Below are positions 1-13,397 of a stretch of DNA of 64,000 nt, one piece after another. Origin of the DNA: Octopus vulgaris (taxonomy: Eukaryota); the NCBI GenBank assembly GCA_951406725.2, contig OX597832.1:5952001-6016000 (forward strand). Direction: 5' to 3'. The translations under genes were made by a program, and so were the position numbers. Below the pieces are notes generated by a model, which saw only the letters and a list, made by a program, of their open reading frames with translations, had not been told where the DNA came from and made no database searches. Every line of letters starts with the position of its first letter. Position 1 is the stretch's first letter.

Positions 1-489
1 GGTGTAAATATCACACGTTCATTTTGACGGTTTACTTAACCTTCTTTGTTTAATTTACATGATCAAAGCAGCAACGGCAAATGACGGGGTGCACTGTCAG
101 TGTTTAAATATCATGTTTAAATTAACTGGAGATTTTGCTACTTTCATGCGATTTTATAGTGTGTGCGCGCGCGCGCGTGTGTGTATGTTGTGCATAGGAG
201 CATGAATCCATATATATATATTGTATTGAAGGGAGTATAATTCAAGCTGAGTCCTCGTGAAATATATCTGAACGTTCCAGTAAACCAGTGTATGTATATA
301 GATGTTATATTTCAAATGAGGCATACCTTTTGCAATTTCTGGTGAATCATATTTACAGAGTAGGTATATATTGAAGCAAAGACTGGGAAATTTCGTATAT
401 TTTTAATTCCATGTTACACGTCTTTTATTACTGTACAAGAAATATATTATGAATATAAACAATATATTAATAATAATAACAGCAATATA

Positions 490-691
490 GGCGCAGGAGT
501 GGCTGTGTGGTAAGTAGCTTGCTAACCAACCACATGGTTGCGGGTTCAGTCCCACTGCGTGGCATCTTGGACAAGTGTCTTCTGCTATAGCCCCGGGCCG
601 ACCAATGCCTTGTGAGTGGATTTAGTAGACGGAAACTAAAAGAAGAGTGGATTTAGTAGACGGAAACTAAAAGAAGCCTGTCGTATATATG

Positions 692-728
<37 letters not shown>

Positions 729-940
729 TTGTGTGTCTGTGTTTGTCCCCCTAGCATTGCTTGACAACCGATGCTGGTGTGTTTACGTCCCCGTCACTTA
801 GCGGTTCGGCAAAAGATACCGATATAATAAGTACTGGGCTTACAAAGAATAAGTCCCGGGGTCGATTTGATCGACTAAAGGCGGTGCTCCAGCAAGGCCG
901 CAGTCAAATGACTGAAACAAGTAAAAGAGTAAAAGAGTAA
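490..940 (+). mobile_element. tRNA-derived SINE, family A (octopus-type), full length
   Basis: Head ggcgcaggagtggctgtgtggtaag...gggttcagtccc with pol III A/B-box-like motifs, an internal (TA)n(TG)n tract and a gtaaaagag repeated tail. More than 10 homologous copies occur in the window. Confidence 0.9.
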
Positions 941-944
941 TATT

Positions 945-1300
945 ATTATATTTTTTTTACTTTTCGTTTGATTTCCATTTTATTTGATTTTCTGGCGTGT
1001 TCTCAACCAAACACCTAAAGTACGCATTCATTAGAGGGAGAGAAACTTCCTGAGAAGATGGGCGGTTGATGTCACCACAATTTTTTGAACTTCGTAGATT
1101 GTTGGTTTCCCTGGGACCTGGTCAAATATTCTGTCGGTACCTTTCTTGACTATTTGCAGGGTACCCACAGCAACAAGGATGGTTTCGATTTTTAATTGCC
1201 ACATCCTAAATATCTCATTCTCAAGATCCTTGCATTTCGATAGTTCCTTTAATTCTTTTGCAGAGATATTTCTATCAGAAGGCACCGCCATATCAAATAA
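945..1300 (-). mobile_element. R4/Dong-type LINE 3' remnant (restriction-like endonuclease C-terminus)
   Basis: Translation DMAVPSDRNISAKELKELSKCKDLENEIFRMWQLKIETILVAVGTL...TAHLLRKFL matches the RLE C-terminal pattern D..VP.D.NI..KE.EK..KY.DL..EI.R.W. A TAA-rich tail follows. Confidence 0.8.
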
Positions 1301-1599
1301 CAGGCGCGCGCGCACACACACACACACACACAAATATTCACACCATACAAACATATTTACATATATACGGCAGGCTTCTTTCAGTTTCCGTCTACCAAAT
1401 CCATTCGCAACATGTATTTGGGAAGCAAGATTCTTACCACACAGCCACGCCTGCGATCATATTAACTAATTAGTAAATTTAATTCTATTGATCTAGATCT
1501 ACATAGATATAGTGGAGTAACAGAAAAAGCCATTAAATACAAGGCTGAGAGAAGACTTTGCTAACCTTTCCAAAAACTTTGACCTTAAAGGTGCTAACC

Positions 1600-2050
1600 G
1601 TAATACACTTCACTTAATGGAGGGCAACCTCAATTTAGTTTCAGCTGCATTTGGCCTCTCTTGAAGACCCAACGAATTTACATGGTATATTTACACTGGT
1701 TCTACTTACACCCCTGTTCTTTTCAGAAATTTATCTGGTAATATGAGCAAGGAGATTTCCTGATTATCTTGTGATGAAGAGATATTTAATCGCGTAGCAG
1801 CGTCTTAAAATGAGACTCTTAATAATAATGGCTTCCCGGAAAAAAAAAATTTAATACTCTCTAAGGCAGAGTATTATTGAAAAAGATAAATGATGTGGTA
1901 CAATCAAGCATTTAGTTTTAATGTCAGTTGAAATGATACCTGTTCTTTCCTGAACTTAATTTAAAATATTCCTTCTGTCGAAAAGGTGTACTAAATTTTC
2001 AGTTAGAACAATACTAAGGTTACCTTTTGGCAATTTTTCATATCCGTTAG
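1600..2050 (+). mobile_element. Penelope-like element remnant (RT thumb/linker)
   Basis: Degraded reading ...LFRNLSGNMSKEIS*LSCDEEIFNRVAAS*NETLNNNGF...MWYNQAFSFNV resembles the PLE motifs LS.NEEIF.KAA..Y..AL..SGY and IW(F/Y)NPPFS.NV. Confidence 0.65.
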
Positions 2051-2139
2051 CTAGAATTAATAGAAAAAATTATCACACACAAAACCACGATACAATTCCA
2101 CAACAGGACACCCTACACAATGTATCATGAAGATCTTGG

Positions 2140-2760
2140 ACAAGCTTAAAGTGTAACATCTCGAAATTTCACCAAACACACATCACGATTTTCTGCTCAA
2201 ACTGCCCTTGTTTGACAATAGGTTCTGAAGCCTGGTCAGAAGGAAGCCACCAATTTCTGAAATTAGGATTACGAAAATTCATTTTTCATCCCCATTTACA
2301 ATTCGACGCCAAAAACGGGTATCCCAAGGGTTTGACACCAGTTATTTGCAAATGTCCACATGTCGTTGAGCCTAGTCATTGGTCAGTTCATGAGTAGCTT
2401 CTCTCGACAGCGTCCGTTCACAAGGCCGAACTTATGGCGGTGTCGACTGATGGTACTGTGTGAAGTATCAAGGTCTGCCATCATTGTATGAGTGCTTGTA
2501 CTTGGCTGGTGTCAAAACATTTCAAGAAATGTCTCATCTTCCTCCAAACTTCTGAAGCAATTGTATGCCTCGTGTTCTTTGACAGTTCCTGGGTCATCCA
2601 CATCATTATTTTCTTTTACCGCTGCCCTTGCACTCAGTTCACTAGCAGTGTAGTAATATGTCTCTAAATGTATTTTTTCTCTACTCATTATCAACGCTGT
2701 AAAATAAAGAATAAACAATTAATGTTTATGTTATATATCAAAAATAAACAATTCAGCAAC
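2140..2760 (-). mobile_element. mariner transposon remnant (N-terminal half)
   Basis: MSREKIHL...AAVKENNDVDDPGTVKEHEAYNCFRSLEE is HTH-like, followed by degraded STISRH.HKFG...HELT...RHVDICK segments. Confidence 0.7.
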
Positions 2761-2861
2761 GATTGAACAACAAATTGTATCAAATTGATGATATTACATG
2801 GAGATAAATCCGCCAAATATCATCAGTGAAAATCCGAAAATTTTTATAACTCAACCTGGTA

Positions 2862-3182
2862 TGTAGTAAAGATTGATTGCCAACATAGCATGGCAGCTCT
2901 GGTTTACGACGAATGTTGCTGTAATTTAAGCCCCAGGAGACATCGTCTCTAGTATACGACACGATCTAGCCGAACAATTATTGTGCTAATGAAGGGAAAA
3001 ACCCTGAAATCGCGATACACAGATATTGTTTTGAGTTGAGTGGGGGTGCTAGATTCCCTTGTTCGAAAATATAAGAACACATCGTGTCGAATAGCTAGCT
3101 GAAGACTCCTGGGGCTAAATTACAGCAACATTCGTCCTAAACCAGGACTGCCATGTTATACTGGCAAACGATCTTTACTACA
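2862..3182. mobile_element. MITE-like element with ~100-bp terminal inverted repeats
   Basis: 2862-2965 (tgtagtaaagatt...cgacacgat) is the diverged reverse complement of 3081-3182 (atcgtgtcg...atctttactaca). The spacer is ~115 bp. Confidence 0.75.
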
Positions 3183-3524
3183 AAGTACTTTTGCTGAATA
3201 TCTCAGGTTGTGAGATTTAAAAATAGTAATTTTCTAACTCAAGCTGGTATTTTCTATAAGCAGTTGAGCGTAAATCAGGAATTTAAATATTAAAAAATCT
3301 TAGCTGTGAAGGAAAATATAAAACTGTAAACTCATTCTTTCTATGCTATGCTTTCAATGTACGGGAAAAGAGAGGAGGAAATGTCTGATTTGGGAAGGAA
3401 GTCGCTTACTTTAATTTCTGAGGGAAACCAACAACAAAACGTCCATCAGGAGTTTCTTTTTCCTCACATAGAAAGCATAAATAGAATGTGCTTATAATAT
3501 TACATTTTCTCTCAAGGAAGCAAA

Positions 3525-3945
3525 ATGACAAAATCGTTAGCACGCCGGGCAAAATGCTTTGCGGCTTTTCGTCCGATTTTACGCTCTGAGTTCAAATTCC
3601 ACCGAGGTCGACTTCGGTTTTTCTTCTTTTCGGGTTGATAAAAAGAATCACTTGTTGAATACCGACTTACTTCCTATTTCAAAATTGCCAGCCTTAGGTC
3701 GCAATTTAAAACTGATATTACATATACTCTTCAAGGCGGCGAACTGGCGGAATCGTTAACACGACGAGTAAAATGCTTAACGGCGTTAGACCGACTTTAC
3801 GTTCTAATTTCAAATACCAACAAAGTCGACTTTATCTTTTCATTGTTTCGGGGTCGATAAAATTAATACCAGTTGAGTACTGGGGTCGATGTAATTGACT
3901 TACTCTTCTCCGAAATTGCTGATCTTTTGCCAAAATTTTAAAATA
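3525..3945 (+). mobile_element. Two tandem SINE family B copies (MetaSINE-like central domain)
   Basis: Each has the ggcggcgagctggcagaatcgttag head, a gagttcaaattcc B-box and a gactttgcctttcatcctttcggggtcgataaa-type core, in diverged form. Confidence 0.8.
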
Positions 3946-4196
3946 TTACATTTCCTCTCACAGCTAAGGCTTTCTAATATTTAAATTGTTTTCGACCACC
4001 TGACTGACGCTGTATTCGGTATAGAATAATTTTTTAATTAACAATTAACCGTGAAAAGCACAATATGTAAATTAAGTTTAATTTCTGGCTGCATATATGT
4101 GTATGTTTGTGTGTGTGTTTATGTGTGTGTGTGTGTGTGTGTGTGCGTGTGTGTGTTTGCGTGTGTGTATGGTAGCACATATACACACACATATGC

Positions 4197-4236
<40 letters not shown>

Positions 4237-4601
4237 ACACACACACATATTTTCCTTACATCACAGATTAAGGCCTTAAAAGGAAGGTCATATTGGATAT
4301 TTTTAGATGCACTGAATAAAGACGTGATGGTCACGATAGGAAAGTCTTTAATCACAAGACTTTTAAGTTCAAGGCAAGCCTGAGAGTAAACAACAACAAC
4401 AACAGCAACAACTCAGTCTTGCATTCATTAAAATAACACAATTTTATGTATCACCAACTTCAGTGTGGAAGAGAGTCGATGATGCATTTTAATTTCCAGA
4501 TAAATGTACCGACGGCTCCTAGAAGTACATAATAAACAACAGATAAACAAAATAAATGCATAACCCTCACATGATTTGACGTAATCAGTAAAGATGACCT
4601 T

Positions 4602-4737
4602 AGGAGGAGGAGGAGAAGAAGAAGAAGACGAAGAAGAAGAAGAAGAAGAAGAAGAAGAAGAAGAAGAAGAAGAAGAAGAAGAAGAAGAAGAAGAAGAAGA
4701 AGAAGAAGAAGAAGAAGAAGAAGAAGAAGAAGAAGAC
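4602..4737 (+). repeat. (GAA)n microsatellite
   Basis: About 130 bp of nearly pure GAA. Confidence 0.97.
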
Positions 4738-4896
4738 ACGTGATGTAAGGTTTTATTCTTGCCATCAAATCACACAATGGTGGGATCTATATTGCAAAAA
4801 CAAAAAAGTACTCATACACACACACACTCTCTCTCTGTCTCTCTGTCTCTCTGTCTCTCTTTCTCTCTCTGTCTCTGTCTCTCTCTCTTATACACA

Positions 4897-4935
<39 letters not shown>

Positions 4936-5039
4936 ACACGAAACGTATTAGAATGGAAGGTCACGCCCTTAGATTACCCGATGGTTGCTTAGATAAGGAT
5001 ATGAACATACACACACGCACACACATACACGTTCACACA

Positions 5040-5092
<53 letters not shown>

Positions 5093-5636
5093 ACATACAC
5101 ATACACACGCACGCACCAAAGTAAAACTGAAACTTTCAGAGTTTCAAAGGTCAGCAAGAGCCGAAATAAACAAGTTTTTTCTGGAGAAACAAATGAAAAA
5201 TTTTTGTTGTTTTTTTTAATTCAATTTTATTTTATGTATTTATATATATTTTTTTTCTTTCAAAACGTGATGGTCAGATAAACAAGCTATTTTGCACACA
5301 ATCAAAATTAAAGAAGATGATTGAAAATTATCTTTCACAAAAACATACTCTCAAAGAAAAACTTTGGAACCCACCTAAATGCATTATATTTTTTAGATCC
5401 GCCTGTTTCACTAATGTGTTTCATTCGCAACATCGAGTTAGACTTTGCTTACATATTTCTCTTGACAATAAAATACGGCCAATGAACTTTATCTTTACCC
5501 CCTCAAAATCGCTTTTTTGCCTTGGTAAGTTAAACCAAGAAGTGTCCTATTGTCTCTTTCTCTCTCTGTCTCTCTGCCTCTCTGTCTGTATGTCTGTCTC
5601 TTTCTCTGTCTGTATGTCTGTCTGTCTGTCTGTTTG

Positions 5637-5713
<77 letters not shown>

Positions 5714-6119
5714 ATCTATCTATCAAGTTTTTATATATGTCACACAATTCAAAGGGAGACAATAATGCATTCGATCCTTCCGGAGGTTATTTACCTACGT
5801 ACTGGTGTTCAAAATATCTCAACTTTACTAACAAATCATCTTTCCGATCAGATTAGAAAACTGATCATAATTAAATACTTACATAGAACGTAAATAGTTA
5901 ATAATGCTGACTTCATAAACTGGAATTCGTTATGATGAAATAGTTGGAACTTTCATGCCTCTCCCAAAAATATTTACAGTATTGTCAAACTGAATTGATT
6001 TGGAATTCACATTGAACTGCAGATGTATTAAATCGAAATTCGACAAGTATTAACACAATGTCAACTAAGAACTATGAAGATAAATATTCTATGATGATGA
6101 TGATGATGATGATGATGAT

Positions 6120-6300
6120 TCTTTCTACTAAAGGTTCAAGGCTTGAAATTCTGGAGGAGGCGGCTAGTCGATTACATCGACCCGAGCACAGAACTGGCAC
6201 TTATTTTATCGACCCCGAAAGGATAAAAGGTGAAGTCGACCTTGACGGTATTTGAACTCAGAACGTAAAGAACCGGAAGAGATATCGCATGATATTTTGT
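6120..6300 (-). mobile_element. SINE family B copy
   Basis: Reverse complement of the family B core (tttatcgaccccgaaaggataaaaggtgaagtcgacc...tttgaactcagaacg). Confidence 0.8.
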
Positions 6301-6865
6301 CCTAGTTCTATTACATCATGTTTAAGTAGTTCTTCTTTACGCTTTGTAAGCTAGTGGTTTATTGACCTTTGTATACCATTCACAAAGTTAAAATGGTTTT
6401 AAGTCCTCTTCTCTAATCTTCCGTTTCATCAATAAATAAGTGATATTAGACTTTGGATGAAGCACTTCGTGTATTGCTAGTTTTTTTTTTCAAGTGCAAC
6501 TATTTCATCTTTTTCTCAGTTTACTATTTCAACAATATAACACCCACGTGTTGATCTCACTTAAAAATTAATTGAATTGAATCTGGAATTCAATACAAGC
6601 TTTAATCTTTCAAATCCATTTCTTCGTGTCTTTATACATTATATCATCGTCTTCCAATATGTCTAGATATTTGTACCCATTCTCATAAAGTTCCAAAATC
6701 CGTTCTTCCTGTAAATTTATTCCATTAAAATGGGATATGTTCCCTCTCTTTACGGTTAATGTCACATTTTTATATACCAAACTCGATTCCAAGATCACTG
6801 CAGCACACCTTTATTACATCAACAAATGAATTAATCAATATTTCAGTCTTTGCAAACAAGAAAAG
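6300..6865 (-). mobile_element. R4/Dong-type LINE reverse transcriptase remnant
   Basis: INSFVDVIKVCCSDLGIEFGI and YKYLDILEDDDIMYKDTKKWI match RT subdomains 6-7 (FS.DIGM.FG..KC; YKYLGILE.D.I). Confidence 0.75.
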
Positions 6866-6999
6866 ACGAAAACATACAAAATCAGGATAATTTGTAAAAA
6901 GAAAACAGAAAGCACTAAAAGAAATACAGTAACACGAACAGTTCAACAGAGACACCAAAAGTGAGGAAAATCCTGTCATGTCTCCAGAGTAAAAATTTA

Positions 7000-8590
7000 A
7001 AGGGAGACGTTCTTTGTGGCTGCTCAAGATCAAGCTCTGTCATTAGTTCAGTGAGCAAAGGGAGAAGAAAGACATTTCATTTTTGCCAACACCATCATCC
7101 CAACAGTACCAATTCCAACAGCAAAAGTAGCAGCAGCACCAACAGCAGTGTGCGGTCATAACAGCAACACTGACGATAGCTGCAGCACTAAAACTAGCAT
7201 CCGTGAAACCAGCAGTTTTGCGGTTGCTGAAAAGGAACATTTCACCAACAGCAACTGGAAACTCTGAAACAACCACAACAGGACTCTTGAGCTGCTACTG
7301 CGAAAATTAGATACTGAGGAGGACCTTGCACTAATTAGGATGCAAAAGATCCGTGTTGGCATACGTAGAGGACATCACCATAAGAGTGTTAGACACCAGG
7401 CACATCAAGGTGATACTTACTGTTCTAAGGCTCTACGAGGAAGTGATTTGAAAAAAAAATCAGCCTACAAAAGTCTGCTGTTCGGCACCTGAAAAGGCAA
7501 TTCATGCTATCCAGTGGAGCGCTAGATAGACAGACTTGTTCAATTGCTTGGAGTCAGGTGTGATCCATATCTCCTAATGGAGAAGAGCTGGAATGAAGTG
7601 GTAAGCAGTGAGACCAATCTCACCCAGAAATGGTCCGAGAGAAATCTATCTCTGAAAGGTTGGGCATAGGTGAAGAACACTTACATCGCCTCCATTATAT
7701 ATTACCGTCTGACCGTCATGCATTGAACCGGTTCACGTCTCACCAGATTAGAGCACCTGAAGCCAACACTCACTGAATGGAGGACTGTGTATGCTGTGGT
7801 TGATGATGAGCAGACATGCACTGGAGTTGTGACATCTCCAGCAGTTTCTTGGCGATAAACAAGTGTGGTCACTGTTGGTAGACTGACCTTTCTGCAGCTC
7901 GTCTCATTGACAAAGCTGCAGTTCAGAGTCAAGCAAAAAACAAGACAGGATGATTGGAATTTGGTACTCACAGACCTCTACGAGACAGGTAATGCGGTTG
8001 GTGGCAGCCCCACTTTGGTATATAGCAGGAAAGAGCAACAACACTCTCGAGAAGATTCTGGGCATCGACGAAAATCAACTCGTTCGTCTGTTCCGGAGGA
8101 GTCGAGGCTTATGGCCAGGCAGTGGTAACGGGGACAATGCCGGTTCGAGATAAACTCTGCAGACATGGAAGTGCCATCAGTTGGCCTGTCTGAAATGCAC
8201 ACAGAACGACGAAACTGTTCTGCATGCACTCATCCAGTGCTGGAGCATTGCTGACTTATAGAGTTATGTCGAACACTTGCATGTGTAGGACGGCTCCAGT
8301 TATCAGCTGGGTCCATTGTGAAGATCATACCGTCACCTTTCTTTTCCAGGATGTGTTTTCTGTCTAGTGCTCTTAGGGAAAGAAGTTATGTGGTTTTCTT
8401 AGCGAAAGAGATTGAAAGGACTGAAGTTTAGACACCTTCTTTGATGAAGCCTTCGCCAAGTTTTTTCAAGTTTTTTAGAAAAGAAATGTGAAGGTACAGA
8501 GTGATGAGAGTAGCGAGTATAGTCCGTGTGAAACAGGCCTATTTTGAGCATGCACCTGTAAATTAAAGGGTGAAGATATTTGCCTTCGTA
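7000..8590 (+). mobile_element. L1/Tx1-type LINE remnant, internally deleted
   Basis: Degraded AYVEDITI (YADD), LLGVRCDPYLLMEKSWNEVV and WSERNLSLKG motifs. An upstream CAG/ACA-rich stretch looks like an ORF1 C-terminus. Confidence 0.7.
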
Positions 8591-9521
8591 GTCAGTGAGA
8601 CCTTGGTTTTTCATCCTTTTGGAGTAGTACTAGTTGAGCACTTGAGTCGATGTAATCGACTTAACCTCTCCCTCCGAACTTGCTGGCCTTGTGCAAAAAT
8701 TGGAGACAAATGTTTAGCGGGATCAGAAATGTGAATTTGAAATTGAGGAATTATGAGGAAAACGATGGATAAAATTCACATGTTTAATTAATTAAATTGT
8801 TTTTTTCGTTTACTTATCACGAAGTTCTTAAAATATCTAATCGATGTTAGTTTCAGAAAAGAGCACTAACCGCATATTAACACCCTTTTTCTATAAAAAT
8901 GATAGTTCCTCTTCCAGTCTCCTATAAATATTCATTCTATATAAATTTAAGGCTTGAAAACTGAATATGTTTTTTTTAAATAATCAAGTACTATAGTCGA
9001 TTTCATCGACTATGCCCCAACCCCGCAATGTGAGGTCTTTAAATTGTTAAAAAATAACGTTTGTTCCTATTTAGATTCACTATTTAGATTTACTGGTTTA
9101 GAAAGTTTTTGATTGATCTTGTAAAGCAGTGTATGCTTTTAAGATTGCCTGTCATTTAAATGTGCACAATTTATGTGACATATTCGTGCAACAGTACAAC
9201 TTGAAACCTTCATTTATGACTGTCTGCATCTCAGGAAAGCATTTATTTTGACGTATCTTACAAAATGTCAGGCATATGTTTCATACCATTTCCTGTTTCG
9301 TGAACCAATTGTGTTTAATAAATTTCAGCGTGTGTACTTAAAGCAACGTATGCGTATGCATTTTGTATGAATCTATTTGACTTGTCGATGACAAATTACT
9401 GAGAAGACTGCATTTACGAGCGTATGTACGCTTGCGAAAATGTGTATCTATTAGTTTCTTTTTAATTTGGGACATTAACTCAGTATTTTCTGTGAATGTA
9501 TCTCGTGTGCGCTTCTTTGTG

Positions 9522-9600
<79 letters not shown>

Positions 9601-9699
9601 TTTATGTATCAGAATGTATCTCAGTGGTAAACTCAATGTAAAACTATGTCTTAAAGTGTGTCATGTATGAATGCAAATGTTTATGAATTAAACGATCAA

Positions 9700-9772
<73 letters not shown>

Positions 9773-10390
9773 GTGTGTGTCTGTCTGTCTGTCTATCTGT
9801 CTGTCTGTCTATCTGTATGTCTGTCTATCTCTCTGTCACTGTCTATCTACCAGTTTGCCTGCTTGCTTATCTGTTTGTGTAACGTGACTGTTTATGTGTA
9901 AGTTTACGCTAAAACTCCATCCGATTGGTCATTAACTGTATTTGTGTCAACCAGTGTATTTTTAGTTCTTTTAAAAAATCTGTGAGTGTGTGAAAACGCA
10001 TATGTGTGGTGTGTCTGTATGTATCATATTGTATCAGCTTATATATATATATTTTAAAGTATTTTACTGTATGTAAATGAGTATGAATGAGTGTGCGCAC
10101 GGTAACTCTTATGCCTGATTGGTGAATAATATGTGTTTCTGTGTCATTGTGTACCTCGGAAATGATTATCTACGTGATACAATGTGAATTCACTCGTGCT
10201 ACCGTGATGCGAGAGATGTGTGTCACTGTTTTATGTATGTATGTAGGTATCTATGTATTATGTATGTATGTATGTACGTACGCAGGTACTGCTTTATTTT
10301 TAAAAAAAACTTCTCATCAGTAGTGAGAGTAACCATCCAACCCAGAAACAAGACTCGTTCACTGGAATATATGACTAGGAAGTCATGTTC

Positions 10391-10695
10391 GTATGTATGT
10401 ATGTATGTATGTATGTATGTATGTATGTATGTATATATGTATGTATTATGTATGTATGTATGTATGTATGTATGCATGTATGTATGTATGTATGTATGTA
10501 TGTATGTATGTATGTATGTATGTATGTATGTATGTATGTATGTATGTATGTATGTATGTATGTATGTATGTATGTATGTATGTATGTATGTATGTATGTA
10601 TGTATGTATGTATGTATGTATGTATGTATGTATGTATGTATGTATGTATGTATGTATGTATGTATGTATGTATGTATGTATGTATGTATGTATAT
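10391..10695 (+). repeat. (TATG)n tetranucleotide microsatellite
   Basis: About 300 bp of near-perfect array. Confidence 0.97.
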
Positions 10696-11146
10696 GTGCA
10701 TGAATGTATGGATAAATGTTTGTATGCATACTTGTATGTTCTCTTCTATTTGTAATTATTTGAAATCTTCTTGTAAAAAAGAAGCTGGTTTCTAATAAAT
10801 ATACGAAGTTCCATCGTTGGAATGTAGATTTTAAAAACAAATTCACATTTTGAATATGAGAAAGTCATACACATTTTTACGCCGCTTACAGATAGTATTT
10901 GTAATGTGCTTCTTAGCTGGTTGATTTCTTTTTCTGAAAACCTCAGTTATAAGAGATTATCTCTAAAACATTTACTCATAAAACCAAGTTCGCCAGTTAT
11001 TGGTATAAACGTAAATTTATAATCTGGGTGTACAAGCTGGAAGTTTCGAAGCAGCAGTCCGTAGTTATTCCTTTTCTCTGAAATTTTCGAAGAGATTTTC
11101 ATAGCATTAGGGTAGCTGATCTCTCTGACGATACATACTTTTTGTT

Positions 11147-11500
11147 ATTATAATAATAATAATAATGAAATTATTGTATACAGTGCTCAGGTGCACCACA
11201 ACTTGTCAAAAGTGCGTATAAAGCATATGCAGTAATGTACAAATGTCTTGGCAAGTGAACAGTGTATGAGTCAGATACATACTTTCGTGTGTATGGAGGG
11301 GAGATTCCTGGCGAATCTCAGGAAGCATGGAAGTTTTGAAGGATGCAGTGCTCCGACAACTAACAACTGATGCCGGCAGTTTGTTCCATACTTCAGCAAC
11401 TCTTAGCGTGAAAAAAGTCATGGGAGCTGTGCTGTTTTCTGACTTTGTAAACATGTCCAACGGTATTAGACCGCTGGAGTTTGAAAAGGTGCTCAGAGTT
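11147..11500 (-). mobile_element. CR1/L2-group LINE 3' end
   Basis: FFTLRVAEVWNKLPASVVSCRSTASFKTSM matches the terminal motif FF..RV...WN.LP..VV....L..FK. An (ATT)n tail follows. Confidence 0.85.
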
Positions 11501-11939
11501 ATGTATGTATGTATGTATGTATGTATGTATGTATGTATGTATGTATGTATGTATGTATGTATGTATGTATGTATGTATGTATGTATGTATGCCAATAGAG
11601 AAAGAAACATGTATGTACATGTAGATTTGTATGTTTTGTTTTATATATGTCTTCTTATGCATATCTAAACATGCTCTTATATACTTACGTGATAAACTTC
11701 TGGAAAGTTTTACAGATTTTTTCAATTCTAGTGATGGATTGGATCTGTAGTCTTCGAATCAGCTTTCTCCTTTCTGGTTTTGAGAAACCTAATGTGTGCT
11801 TGTTTGAACCTGCACATGCTTGTGTGTACAATGCCGCTTGCATATAACTGTGTGTATTAATCTGTGTATTTTTGCTTGTAAATGTGTACACATGCATAAG
11901 TTTTTATATTTCTACACGTGTATATACGTAAATATAACA

Positions 11940-12420
11940 GTCTTAAGTTCTGCAATGTTCCACTTATTTTAACAGTTCCATTAGTAGCTTGTAATTATAA
12001 TTTCCTAAATAGCTAGTTTTGTGAAGCCTAACTATTCAAAACTGGCGCTGATACACTTAGCTACATATCCAAATGCCTCACCAATCATATATATAAAGCT
12101 AGTGTCCTGGTGTATATCTGAAAATTTCTTATAGATATTTTCTTCATCCTTTGTCTTCAACATATCTTAATGTCTTACTTAAAACGAATTTCTATTAATA
12201 TGTACAGTTTTCTTATTTCTATCTCAGATCATTATGTCTGGCCTCTTGTGCGTACATTATACATTATTTTTGACGGGAACATTCTATTAACATTATTTCA
12301 TGATGTAGGTGAATGTGTCTTCAATATTGCTGTTACTTATATTTCCATCTTCGAGACTATTCTTTCTACGATTGCATTGTATAATCTTGACTACACCATC
12401 ATACCTCAAGGGTAGCAATT
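11940..12420 (-). mobile_element. RLE-type LINE remnant (R4/CRE-like)
   Basis: Degraded RYDGVVKIIYNAI (RHD motif), HKRPDIMI*DRNKK.V..IEI and GEAFGYVAKCI segments. Confidence 0.6.
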
Positions 12421-12479
12421 AACGTAGAAACACTTTCTTACAACTACTTATGACAGTGGTCATATCTTTGGTGTTAATT

Positions 12480-12850
12480 CTGTAGAGTCGGTGCCGGTTG
12501 ATCCTGTTCTACCTGTATTCTTACCGCTTTTGAGCATCAACTTCATTTTTGGGAATTTTCTGTTTCTGGTTTCATGACATGCACAATACATACCCTTCAA
12601 ACCAGAGACGTCGCTACCGGACAATATCTGCTAATGGTTGAGAACATGCTATTTGTAAAATTTCTGCTCTGATGATTCTGTCCCTGTATATGTTCTTTCG
12701 TAGACATCTTTAGTAGAACACATGAAACCGCCATGATATTTTGACTGTGAATTTTCTAAATCTCAATGTCTGCAGGAATAACAATAGTTTTCTTTTGCAA
12801 TGTCAGTAGATGCCGTTGACCAAATTATTTTGCCTCTCATGTTTGAAGCA
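12480..12850 (-). mobile_element. RTE-clade LINE 3' remnant
   Basis: RCLRK..YRDRIIRAEILQIACSQPLADIVR*RRLWFEGYVLCM resembles RCLRRIL.I.W.DR.TNEEIL...RRLRF.GHVLRM. It is related to 48985-49330. Confidence 0.65.
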
Positions 12851-13169
12851 TAGGACTGCCACTTATTTAATAGTTCCTTACAAGATTTGAACTCAGAACA
12901 TTTATGTGTCAGCATTTATCCGGTGAACTAACGTTTCTGTCATTCAGTTCATTCCATAATAGTGTTGATTTTAGTTATCGTTCAAGGCCACCTGTTTATC
13001 TGTAACAGAGGATATCTCAAATGAGCAAGGTCAGAACACATTTGTGAACTCTCTCTGATGAATGACCTTTGTGGAATTAGATCATAATGGGATTATGGTA
13101 TGCTGTTCTTTTCTTGTGAGAAGATTTTTTTCTCTAAATTTGTTTAGGGTTGATCGATCTACATTACTC

Positions 13170-13397
13170 TGTAAGGAGTATGGGGCCCGTTTCCCGGTTT
13201 CTCTGGCGTATATATTCTTCCCTGGACGGGACGCCAACCCGTCGCAGGATTACTCATTTCTACCAGCTGAGTGGACTGGAGCAACATGAAATGAGGTGTT
13301 TTACTCAAGAACACAATGTATCGTCCGTCCAGGAATCGAAACGACAATCTTACGACCATGAGTCCAACGCGCTATTTACTGAGCCATGCGACTCCAC
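13170..13397 (-). mobile_element. tRNA-derived SINE family C
   Basis: Reverse complement has a tRNA-like head (gcatggctcagt...ttcgattcc) and the tgtgttcttgagtaaaacac...ttgctccagtccactcagctg core shared with 46744-47003. Confidence 0.8.

Noticed and set aside
10218-10846. Long ORFs of MYVC/YIHT repeats, and similar poly-S, poly-I, LS, HT and YI ORFs throughout the window
   Set aside because: They are translations of stop-free microsatellites, with no evidence of coding function.
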